Source of the DNA: Gekko japonicus
Lineage: Eukaryota
DNA: 63,323 nt
Direction: 5' to 3'
Assembly: GCF_001447785.1 (NCBI RefSeq)
Contig: NW_015168044.1
Location: 2,775,343 to 2,838,665, forward strand
Shown: positions 38,630 to 50,500 of the stretch, piece after piece
Layout of the letters: each line of letters begins with the position of its first letter
Position numbering within the stretch: position 1 is the first letter of the stretch
Translations under genes and position numbers: made by a program
The notes under the pieces: model-generated
What the model saw: only the letters and a program-made list of their open reading frames with translations
The model's database searches: none
What the model was told of the DNA's origin: nothing

Positions 38630-39639
38630 CTGGTGATCAAGAAGGCTTTGCAGTTAAGTCCGCCCTGCAGCCTGTTCAGAAGACGGGGAAGAGAGTTCTC
38701 CTTTGAGCTTCCCTGTGGATGTTAGGCTAATATTCCACTCCAATAATCTCCAGGTTGGACAGATGAACAGAATCTATGAAAATAGCTTTTTGTCCATCAC
38801 ACAATGTGCTTTGTCTCAAAAGAATTATTTCAAGTTAAGAGGAGGTGAGGATGCTGATGCTTGCTCATAAGTGCATTTCCTTCCAATGCTGGCAACTATT
38901 CCCAAGGGTAGCTCAAAGTGGAGGCTTCTGGATTCCCAAATCCTTCAGTAGTGTCCTCAATACCTGGTAGCTACTGAAAGCTTGGCATCTTTTCATGGAC
39001 TTTACCTTAGAAACCTGCTAGAATTTTGGTAGCAGTAAGATTCACTGGCTTTGATGTCATAAAGAGAATTTGAGCAGGTCGAGTCAATCCTTTGTGTGTG
39101 TTAGTATGATTTTCTTGATGGTCTTTGTCTGAACTTCTCACTGTGTAGTCTTCTGATGGCCTTTGTCTGAACTTCTCATTGTATTCCATACAGACAACCT
39201 GTTTACCATTCACTGGCATCTGATGTGTGATCAAACTCTCCTTCCCAGTTCGTAGGGTCGTGCAGGCTTGCCTCAATGAAGTGTGCTGAATCGCCACAGT
39301 ACATTGTGGTCCATATGGACCCAGTGTATGTCTCAGTAATTTCAGCCTTTCAGTCCATTTGTAAATCGACTAAGCTCTTTTTTTAATGCTTTATGAATGA
39401 TCCAATTTTAGGTGCTTCAGATAAAAGGAAGAATCCAGAAACCACTGACCCCTCCCATCGGCCTTCTCTTGTTTTGAAGTGAGAGACTGCACTAATAAAA
39501 AGTTACAGGCTTTTCCACTTCTGTATTTAAACATCTTGAATGCTTTATTTATGATCGCTTACTGTTTAAAGACGAAGCTGCAAAAGGAATGATCTACTAC
39601 TGCTGTAGCTTCTTAGAATGAGAGATATTGAGAAACACT

Positions 39640-39900
39640 GAGTAACACAAAGTTCTGGATTCTGGCACGGCCTAGTGGAAGAGAACCAGTAAAGAGAAGC
39701 AGATCGATGTAGAAGGTGGCTCCGCTCAGCATTACAGGGTCCGAGAAGGCGGTAGGCACAGCGGCCTGGCCCAGGCTGTAAGTGGACTGCCATGCAAGGT
39801 GTTGGCCCCTCTCTGGGTCTGGTACAATAAACAGAAAGGACGTGAGGCAGGCAGGGAAGGGGGACGCTGAGCACGGACAGCTTCCTTTGGTGGAAACTGA
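39640..39900. promoter_or_regulatory. GC/CpG-enriched patch between the divergent profilin and PARP11 ORFs; possible promoter or 5' UTR
   Basis: Local CpG enrichment directly upstream of the PARP11 ATG and about 1.1 kb upstream of the profilin ATG. Confidence 0.4.
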
Positions 39901-39933
39901 GCCTGTTGTCATCTAGATGGTTTCAAGGTGACG

Positions 39934-40905
39934 ATGAATTCTCAAAATGTGGCAAGTCAATTTGAAGAAATGGATACATCTGACACCCAGTGGGGATGGT
40001 TTTACTTGGCTGAATGTGGGAAATGGCATATGTTTGACACTGATTCCAGTACTCACTGTTCAGTTAGCACAGAAGACATTGAAAGGAGCTTCAGAATGAA
40101 TCCACAGGGCTCTGTTTGCTTCACAAGCGCAAAATTTACTTACACATTAGACTTTTCAGGGATGAAGCAGACCAACCTAACAACTGGAAAACAACGTCCC
40201 ATAAAACGGGCTCCATTTTCCATCACTGCTTTCAGTTATGTCTGCGAAAACCAGTCTATCCCTATACCTTCACACTGGGAGAATGTAAACTCTGAAGAAC
40301 CTTACCAGCTTATTCCTTTGCAAAAGCAGACAAAAGAGTATAAAGATGTTGCTAGTCTTTTTGGGAAAACAATGGAAGGCAGTTGGATTAAAGGAATACA
40401 GAGAATTCAGAATCTAGACTTGTGGGAATTTTTTTGCAGGAAAAAGAATCAGTTAAAGAAGAAAAGAGGCGTCTCTTTCATTAATGAACATATGTTGTTT
40501 CATGGCACCAGTGGCGAGTTTGTGGAAGCCATCTGCATTCATAACTTTGACTGGAGAATCAATGGCATGCATGCTGCTGTATATGGAAAAGGGACGTATT
40601 TTGCTAGGGATGCATTGTATTCGAGCCGCTTCTGCAAAGACGACATGAAGCACAGCAGTACGTTTCAGATTCATGGTGTTGATCTGCAACTTCATATGTT
40701 CAGGAAGCATAAAGTGATGTTTCTTGCTCGCGTATTGACTGGAGACTATATTACTGGGGACTCAAAATACGTGAGGCCACCTTCAAAAGATGGGAGCTTT
40801 GTAAATCTGTATGACAGTTGTGTGGACAACACATGGAATCCGAAGATTTTTGTTGTCTTTGATGCCAACCAGATCTATCCGGAATATTTAATAGAGTTCA
40901 GCTGA
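39934..40905 (+). CDS. PARP11: Protein mono-ADP-ribosyltransferase PARP11 (WWE + PARP catalytic domain), intronless, 323 aa
   Basis: MDTSDTQWGWFYLAECGKWHMF (WWE), RIQNLDLWEFFCRKK, MLFHGT, YGKGTYFARDA, YDSCVD..WNPKIFVVFDANQIYPEYLI match PARP11 end to end. H-Y-I catalytic triad retained; no internal stops; first ATG at 39934 (the track starts at GTG 39928). Confidence 0.95.
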   Translation: MNSQNVASQFEEMDTSDTQWGWFYLAECGKWHMFDTDSSTHCSVSTEDIERSFRMNPQGSVCFTSAKFTYTLDFSGMKQTNLTTGKQRPIKRAPFSITAFSYVCENQSIPIPSHWENVNSEEPYQLIPLQKQTKEYKDVASLFGKTMEGSWIKGIQRIQNLDLWEFFCRKKNQLKKKRGVSFINEHMLFHGTSGEFVEAICIHNFDWRINGMHAAVYGKGTYFARDALYSSRFCKDDMKHSSTFQIHGVDLQLHMFRKHKVMFLARVLTGDYITGDSKYVRPPSKDGSFVNLYDSCVDNTWNPKIFVVFDANQIYPEYLIEFS

Positions 40906-41471
40906 GACTTCGGGGGGGCAGATCAGTTGTATTCACCCCCTTTATTTCAGGTGGCCAATTACTTCTTGTAAAGAAAAGTTCTTTAGCAGGTTTAAAAAAA
41001 AAGAAAAGAGAAGCAGATCCAGCAATATGCTTTAATGTTGTCCTTTTTATTTCTAGTTATACTACTTCATATGTGCAGTTGGTTGCTAACCACAGAATTA
41101 AAGAAACCCTCTCTTTGCTGGTGATTTCCTTTGCACTTTTGCACTAAATGGCTCCCTCCCCTAAAGAAAAGCTGTGCCATTTTCCTTGTACATACATATT
41201 CCTTGTTCTTTATTAACATCTCCAACCCCTCTCATTTGACATAAAACCTTCCTCCCTTCCGAGTGTCCTTCACTTCCACCCTACCCCACATCCCATCCGT
41301 GTGTTTCAGCCCAGTTTCCCTTGCTCCCATCTATGCAGCCAGTGCCTTTCAGTCTCCACCTCAGCCTTTACTTCGAAGCTAGTAAAAAAGCAGGGAATCA
41401 TCAGCATAAATCCCTGCCTTTCCATACTGGGTTTGATGATCTTCAATGTATTGGCTTAGTAGGCCAGAAGT

Positions 41472-41598
41472 TCAGTCTAAAGCAAGTTTTTTCAGAGCTG
41501 ACGTGGCAGATGCAGCTCCCTTGGACTCTTTCATCTTCTCTAGGGCAAGCAGAAGGTCAAGCTGGGTAAGTGGCCGTAGCTGTTCCTCTTCCAGGTCA
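41472..41598 (-). CDS. atad1a: atad1a-like last coding exon
   Basis: (S)[44 protein letters not shown]; minus-strand AATAAA at 41209-41214. Confidence 0.9.
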
Positions 41599-44500
41599 CT
41601 GGACATGGACACACACATGGACACACACAAAAGAAAAACCAGACAGGGCTCATGGAATAATGTTTGAAATAAGGTAAGAACTTCTCAGCTTCCTGAGTTT
41701 TCTTGACCATGAGTCCTTTGCATTTGCAGTTACTAAAGATAATGTTTTTGCCAATGCCCTTCATTGCAGCTGCAGCATCTACCCACACCCTGTTTGTTTG
41801 AATATGTGCCATTTTTAGAACTGCAAAGTAGAAGAGAAGTGGCAGTATAATTATGTGACTCTCTCATTAATTTCAAGAGGAGATTATCACGTTCTTGCAA
41901 GTCATGCCAGTAAGGCATCATTTAGCAATCCTTGGGGTAGAAGACATATCAAGTAACCATAACCTGAATGATACCATTGGTTCCCCCAGCTCTTCATTGT
42001 CTCCTATGATTGGCAACAGCTCTTCAGGGTCTCGGTCAGAGAAAGGTGTCCTTTAAGTGGAGATGCCAAAATGTTCTACAGGCAAATCATCTACTTCAGG
42101 AAGCAGTATCCTACCTTACTACTGTACCATATTCATCTCTGTTCGCATGGACCTATGAACATATGAAGATGCCTTAGGCCAAGGCCTTCTTTCCCTCCCC
42201 CCCTTCCGCATTTTTGGCTTTGAGTTCCTTCTCCCCCTGCCCAGAAAATGGCCAGGTAGTCCAGAACCAGGATACAAAATGTACAGGATGCCATCTTGGA
42301 TCTCTTTATTCTGGTTCTCTTAGTTTTTATCAAATTGTAAATTGAATTGTACTGTTTTGTATATTTTTACGGCATTATGCCCCCCTCCCCCCGTACATCA
42401 GCCAAAGCCCAGCATAATTGGGGACAGGGCGATTAACAAATTGAACTAAGAATAATAGTACTAATATTGGCCCGCTTAGCTTAGTGTTGTCTACCCCTCT
42501 TGGCAGTGGCTCTCCAGCATCACAGGCAGAAAAAGATATTTGCTAGCACTTGAGGCCCTTTTTGTAGTGAGTGGGGATAGAACCTAAGAAGTGTAAAACG
42601 TGCTCTACCTCCCATAGTGCATCATGGCTCTTCCCATGTGGTGTTGCTGAAAGCCTGGGCCACAGAGGAAGAATCCTTGCTTCAGTTTCTTCCTGTACTA
42701 ATGTTGCTCCAGTACCAAGATGAGACAACAGCTTGACCTCCCACCATGTGGCCTTAAATCTCTACCATTATCTAGAAAACAAGGCTGGACAGATGAAGGT
42801 TTGTTACATATTTCATGATGTCAAAAGCTGATGAATCTAGGGAACTGGGGTCCAGCGGCTTCTGGCGACAGTGCCAGGAAAGGTCAGGTGCAAGGAGAGA
42901 AGGGCTGTGGGATGAACAAAGGCTCACCTGTCCTCCTCGCTGTCTGTATCGTGGAGCATCTGTGCAATCTGCTTCATCTGCTGCCTGCGAACATAATCGC
43001 GTACCCTGTGCATGGCAGCATCCCGGCACAATTCTCGCAGGTCGCTGCCCGAATAACCATTTGTTTTCTCAGCCATCTCCTTCAGGTCCACAGCATTGCT
43101 TAGCTGTTCCAAGAGCAAAATTCCCCTCAGAGTTATAATGGTTGGCCCATACTTGCTCCCTGCACTGTCACAGCGTTGCTACACCTAGGCAGAGGGTCAG
43201 GTCTTCCTGCTTCCCTGTTCTGCCTTCTAAGGAATGAAAAACTTCTCATTAATCTTTTGGCCCTTCCTCCTCCTACTGAACCCTTATGCTCTCAGCAGGC
43301 ACAAAATGAGTGGCGATATGATCTTAAGGGTTTAGATTCCACACTTCAAAATCAGGCTGACCTCACAGATACTCCCTCTCTGCTGGGGACCTTGAGAAAT
43401 GTAGTTCTGTGAGAGGAGTGAGTGATCTTTAACAAAATTCTCAGTACTCATCATGTGTCCACATTTTCTTTGTGAAGGAAGTTCACTTAATTTTTTTCAG
43501 GCCTAAATTCCCTGGATTCCTTTAGAGGCTGAGTTATTTGAACTCTTAAGGGATTTTTTCCTTTGTTAGTGTTAGCACATGAGCTTTGTTTTAATGTTGT
43601 AAAATAACTGGTAGTTATTTGTACTTTTTGATTCTAACATCATTTTTGTAGTTTTAATGTTATGTGCTGCTTTGAAACCAAAACAGTGCCTAACAAAAAT
43701 ACCTGCAAATATATCAATTACAGTTCCTGGGACTCTTCTGGGAAAACTTATATACATTTGTGAGATAGACTTTTCAAATCTATAAAAGTATTCTTGACCA
43801 ATACTGTTGTGTTCCCCGCTATCCAATCTAGTTTACGGTTTATCTCTGTCTGGTGAAGCTACAGTTCTGAAACAGAAAGGGGAAGCTGGGGGGGGGAGCA
43901 AGACTCACATTTTCTCCAGACAAAATGAGTTTCAGAATATCCTGCCGTTGCCTCTGTGTCTGAAGAAGACAGAAAAGAGCATGGGATTGAGAGACTATTA
44001 GAACTGGAGGCTGAGAAAATAATGACAAGCTAATATTTTTGCTGAGTCCCTAGAGTATGCAGAAACCTGCATTTGGTCTGTGAGTAGCCTTGTTTTGTTG
44101 TCCTGCTGCTTGAGAGTAAACTTGATGTTGCTGTGCCTGTTGAAAGGAGTGATACTGCTTCTATACTAGAAGGCTCCATTTAGTTATCATTACTAATAGG
44201 TCTCCCAGTGGCTTTCATTAACTGTTCTTAAAATTCCAGTTGTCATGACCATCGCCTGTTTTTACACCAGGCAAGCCTCCTAATTAGGCTTGCTCAGGGG
44301 ACATGGGAGAAAGAGGCAAGATTGGATTTTGTCACTGCAGATGGAGGAACATGAGGAATCCTTCCGTAAGTTAAAAATGCCCTGCAAATAGAACACAAGC
44401 AGAGCAGGGGGGCAGGTCCTTTGTCTCTGCTGGACTAGTTTTCGCATTGATTTTTTGTTTCATGCAAAGGAACATACAAAATAAGAGTCGATTTGCTGTA

Positions 44501-47500
44501 GTTTGAAGAGGTGTTGTCCATTCTACTACCTCATCCTCCTGCATATGTGGCATTTTAAAATGTGTGTGTTGACTATCCCTTGAAGTGAATGTATGATCTT
44601 GTCCTTGGAGCTGTCAATTTTGGTCCACCATTTCTGTTGCTTGGAATTATTTTTATCCTGATTTGTCTGATTTTTCTAGATGGGGGCTGCTTCTTAAACA
44701 ACATCCCAGATACGTGCAATTGTTTTTATTATTATTATTATTATTCTTAAGGGTTTCTCCCTATTAATTGCTTATAGCAGGATGAACAATTCTTTTAATG
44801 CCAGGGAAAGCAGATTTTTAGAGGAACTTAGCGTCAAGAAAACCATTTGAAGGAAACAGATTTTTGAGTCTGAGCCTTGCAAGCTTAATATTGGGCAGCT
44901 TTAGGAGGGAATAAGTCTGGATGGTGACTGGATTTAGGGGAGAGCAGTAAAATTTACTTACAGGCAGACCAATCTGGAAGGTTGTGGGCATCCTCCGCAG
45001 GATGGCAGGATCCACATCTTGGGGCCTATTGCTTGCTCCCAGCACCATCACCTGGAATGCAACAAAGCGGCTAGTTAGATTGTCACCTGATAAAAGAAAT
45101 GTTAGTTGATTAACTGCATGAGATTTGACTGCTGCATGAGATTTGACTGATGCTCAATTTGCATATGCTTGTATGTGGATATAACAAAAGGTCTTTGTGT
45201 TTGACTAGGATACTGGAAAACTGTATAGAGATCCCCACTCAGTAGCAAAGCTCAGGCAGGGCTAAAAATGGGGATTTGTATATTGGTCTCTCCCCAGTTA
45301 CAGCCCAACACTCTAAACCCAACACCACAGTGGCTCTCTAAGTCATCACTGTCCAGGGAAGGGGAATTTAGCAGGCCAGGGAAGAAGTTACCAGCCATTT
45401 GGGCTTTGCCCTCACAGCTGATCAGTGTAAATGTAATAAGATGGTGTCAGGGCTGGAACCTGACCCCTTGTGAGAGCTGGAGTTCCCACAAGAAGCCGGG
45501 ACAAACAGCGAGGCATGTGCAGTGTGCCAGGCCTTCTTCAAAAGGGTGAGGGAGGCTGGCCAAGGAGGGCAATTTACCCTCTTGTTACTGGCTGTGTGGA
45601 CAGGCGCCAAAGGAAGGGAGTCGGAGGAGGGTGCTGTAAATGCTCTCCAAGATAGAATTACCAACACTGGGTTGGGAAATTCCTGGAGATTTTGGGAGCG
45701 GTGCAACAGAGGAAAAGGCAGGAAAAATTACAGCTGATGGAGGAAAGTGTGCACAAAGCTGCCATGCGGATATTCAGTTGCCTTGCTCTGCCTTGCTTCG
45801 TGTCATCTCAACCAACGGCTTCCTGGTAAGTGGTACCTGGCAATTGGGTCCAGTTTCCAGCCCATCCCAAAGGCTCATGAACTCTGCTTTCATCATAGCT
45901 GTGGCTTCATGATCAGCATCGGAGCGGTTCCTCAGGAAGGCATCTGCCAAGAGGGATAAAAAGAATGGCTCAGCATTGGACTTCTGTCCTTCTCTGCACT
46001 GGCATCTACTTCCACTCCACTAGCACCTTGAAAACATTTTTCTCTTTTGACCTAACCTAAATCTTACATTTTCTTTTCAACAGAAATCATGAAATGCAGC
46101 CAGTAGGAGTGTTCAAAAGTCTACTTGTGTCTCCTGTTATAAGATCCCACATTTCTGGCTGTCCTGAATCTCTTTGTGGAACAGGCAGCAAAGGTGCTAC
46201 TGGAAAGTTGGTTGCAATGGGAAGGTGTTCCATTCACATTTGGAGAATCTGAAATCTCTCAAGTGAGAGAGGATCTCACAGAACTGCATAAGGGGATATT
46301 ATAAGCTGCCTTCATTTCAGACTTGCTTGCATGTCTAGCAACTAACATATCCTAATGAGAGGAGCAAAGACTGCCATCTTTAAGAAGCCTGGGGATAAGA
46401 TATCAGGAGCTAATGCAAGTGTACAAAGGTAGGCAGCATCCAGTGTTCACCCAGTCAGCTGAAGCCCATCCTTATTGCCACAATTCCATACATATGCCTA
46501 TTATTTGGTGGGCATTTTGCTAAATTTTCAGTCGGTTTCAGGCCTGCACAGCTTCTTGCAAATACTTGCTGATGAAGCATGAAATGCAGGTTTAACTCTC
46601 AGCCCAATTACAGACTTGATTTAAATCCATTCCTTCCTTTCCCTCAGCATCAGTGTTTCCGTCAGCATAAGAGGAATACTTGCAATACTTTAATGATTTG
46701 CCTTTAGATTCAAGAATATGGTGCAATCTGAAATCCATCCTGTTCTTTAAATTCTCCAAACCACACTAAATCTTTCTCTCTATAAAAGGTGTTCATATTG
46801 CAAACATTACACATGAGTTATCCCTTGGTCACTTTACTGCAACAACAACAAAAAAGGTAAGGGTTTCACTTGATCAAACGAACACTGACCTAGCACAGTG
46901 GTCTGCTTACAACAATGGCACTTCTAGGAAGCCCCTGAGCAAGACCCCAGTACAAGGAAGAACTCAGCATTGTGTTGGGATAAAGGGGCTGAGATGCAAC
47001 AGAGTTGCATAAAAAATACCCAGTTATCATTTTTAGCAAAGGACTGTAACTGGCATCCTCACTACACATTAATATACAACGCAAAGATAATAAATACATT
47101 CAGCTGTGTGATTAAACTTGGGTCTGCCCCAGTCATGTCTGGGGAAAGGACACATTTACTACATTATGGGTTTTTCTGCATGTCTAATATTTATCGCTTC
47201 TGTGCCCATACTGTGTCATTGGGATTTTTTTTGTTTTTGCTTTCAAAATGTTCACAAATAAACAGGAGATGCAGTGATGAAATACCAAAGTGATCACTAG
47301 AGGATGCAAAACACTTGTGGAGAAGGAAAAAAAAACAACAACCTGAGGCAACACAGGCACACAAACAAGGGTAACAGGCGCAGAAAAGCCCTGAGAAAGG
47401 AGAAAGGTGGGTGGGCCTAGAAACAGTCTAGGTAAATCAGTAAACAAGCCCTGCCCTCATTCATGATAGTCTGTCCCCTCGCAGGGCTCTTTTTTTTGCT

Positions 47501-50500
47501 TTCAAAATGTTCACAAATAAACGGGAGATGCAGTGATGAAATACCATATTGATCACTAGAGGATGCAAATCACTTGTGGAGAAGGAAAAAGGATTGGCTA
47601 CATTAGGGATGTGTCGCCTAATATGTAGAGGAGTTCCTGCTACAAAAAGGCGGCTTCAGGTACTTTTCTCCTTTATCAAATTCTGCTCCCAGAACAAAGC
47701 TGGGATGTGAAAAAAGTGCTTGTGAGGAGAGACTGTGGTGACGCAAGAAGCAAGCCAGAGGAGGGTGCAGCTCCCTTCACCTACATGTTCCATTTCTTTC
47801 AAGCTATAACTTTCCCCCTTGTTAACTATTAAAAAGATATAACTATAATTGGGGAAATGAAAGAGCAGGCAGGGATGTAGAAATTACCTATTTCATCTAT
47901 GAAAATGATGCAGGGTTGGATCTTGGTTCCCAAGGAGAAAACTGCAGCCGTGAGCTTCTGTGACTCTCCATACCATTTGTCAGTCAAGGTAGAGGCTTGC
48001 AGGTTTATGAACCTGCATCCCGATGCCTGGGCTGTTGCTTTGGCAAGAAGGGTTTTGCCACAGCCAGGAGGACCATAAAGCAAAACACCTGGTGCAAGGA
48101 GAAACTCATTAATTCTCAGTCTCCCCCCTTCCTTGCCAGGCTTTATTCCCCCCCCCATTGTTTTTTTTGCTTGTGTGAAAAAGGAACGTTCTTCACATGA
48201 GACTTCAGTAGAAGAGAGCAAGCATCCAGTAGCATCTTAAAGACTAACAACAGTTGTGGTAGGGTATGAGCTTTCATGAGTTACTGCTCACCTCTTCAGA
48301 TACCACCTTGCTTTATCAGTATGAGACTCCAGTGAGTGTTTAATGAAACCTGCACCAATCTTAACATACAAATGTGACTCATATACTGCAGCTGGTACAA
48401 CCTGACTGCTTACAGTCCAAGGTAAGCAGCAAAAGCAGAAGCGTTATGTTTCTGTAAAGCTAGGATTTTTTTATTTATTGCTCTGTTCAACACACCTACA
48501 TGGTTCAAAAATGTCCAGTTCCTTTTTCATGGGGCTACTGATAACAATTTAAAATTTGATAATTTTTTCTCTAGTGGAACAACAAAGATTTTTTTCTTCA
48601 AATGCATGTGATAAATAATGAGTTTAAGTTTAAATAATCTTTCATAAATGTGGTTATACTGGGTTTAAATTGAATGTTTATTATTTAAATATTTAAAGTA
48701 CCTTTCATAAGTGTTGATACATTGGGTTTAACTTGAATGTTCATTTACTTGAATCCTGTTTTAATGCAGATTTCAAATATGGAAATATAGATATCACCTT
48801 TATCTTTAAAGAAATAATGCCCACTCAAATTTTGTTAATACAACAGAACACCTGTTAACATTCCACTTCACAAAGTATTGGAGGCAAACACTTTTTATAC
48901 TGCAAATGCAGAACTGACTCTGTATCCATGCAGACATACTGTGAAACAGTTTTACCTTTCTCCTTCCTAGCTAGCTCTCATAACTGTTTGGGAGAAGACT
49001 ATCATTCTCAGAAAACTGCTGGGTATTTATTAAGCTGCCATTAAGTAAGGAGCTTTACACCCCTCTATCCATCACTCCTTGGGATCTAGGCTCCAGCAAA
49101 TGAGTGGAGGCAGATCCTGTCAGAGGTCCAGAAAGGCTTTTGAGGCCCTTAGCCATTAAAAGAAACCTTAGTTGTGAAACGTATCAGCCAAAAAATAAAT
49201 GTCTTGAGGTCCCTTTGAGTCTGATGCCAAATGGCCCTCCCTCTGACTGGCTGTGAATGGGGTTTTTAAAAGAGGCAAGTCTGAGAAAAGGTACTGAGTG
49301 ATTTATGACTGGCTCTTCTCCAAGGTGTACCTCGTGGGGGTTGGCAGAGCCTGGAGTGATGGAACAAGTGCCTCTGCTGGAAAGGCAGGATCACTGTGTC
49401 CTGAAGTTCGCTGACCACTTCATCCAGGCCCGCGATATCCTTCCAAGAGACCTGAAAATGGAACAGCATTTGGAGCCTTCAGAGATAACAAGAGGACTGT
49501 AAGCTACCTGGCAAGGGAAGCCAAATGCTGCATGCTGGCATTTCAGATTTTGGAATTGGCATGTATTCATCCCTTGCATGGTGATGGAGTTCCATTAATT
49601 ATATGTAAAAAATTCATTTCCATTTTCATTCAATTCATTTTCAGATTTTTGCAATCTCATATCTGCTGATAGCTTTATCCCCCTTTACTCCCACCTTGAA
49701 AACTCTCTAGTCTTCATCAGGGGGAACAGCAAGCTCCCCTTCTTACTTGTATGTCCTTCGGGTCCACCAAGTGAGCTGCGATGTTCATCTCATGTTCTGT
49801 AAGCTTCACTCCTTCTACTCCAATCTGCTTCATCAAGCGTTCTGCCTGCAGAAAAAAGACAACGGGTTCAGGTCCCACTCTTGCCCTGTGGCTGGCTCAG
49901 TCAACACAACCTTTCATTATGGTTCTTCCTAGCTGTTTATTTACACCTGAAACTACTAGAATATGCACAGATTGTAATAGGTTAAACTGCAGTATAGCAA
50001 AACTCCACCCCCATTCTTTCTTTCTAGTGTATTTGGAAGATTTTGTATCACGCGATACAGTCAGAGACTGTATGGGAAACAGTTGGACCATTTTATCATG
50101 TTCCCCGAATACAGTTTTGGTAGCTACCCATTATCTCCAGATTCAACACTTGTCAGCAGTGACCAGGGGTGTAGTCACACGGTCCATCTGATCGGGGTTC
50201 ACCACTGTTCTCTCTCGCATTTAAATTTTCTATTCACATGTGCCAATCGGCCTCCTGTGCCGAAGCAGGCTCACTCCCTAAATGCTCCCGGGTTTTCCTG
50301 CCCCCAGGGAAAATCAAGTATTTTCCTGGCACTTGCGCTTTGAATGTGCGATTTTGCCCATCTGGACAGCCATCTTTTGCAATTATTGTGATTAGGGCCG
50401 CTCTGACCACTCTGTGCGATTTTTTTTTTAACTTTCTGGCTTTGAGTGCTTGAGTAAACAAGTGCTCATCCTGCTTGGAGAAAAGCCCTGCCCGCCGTCC

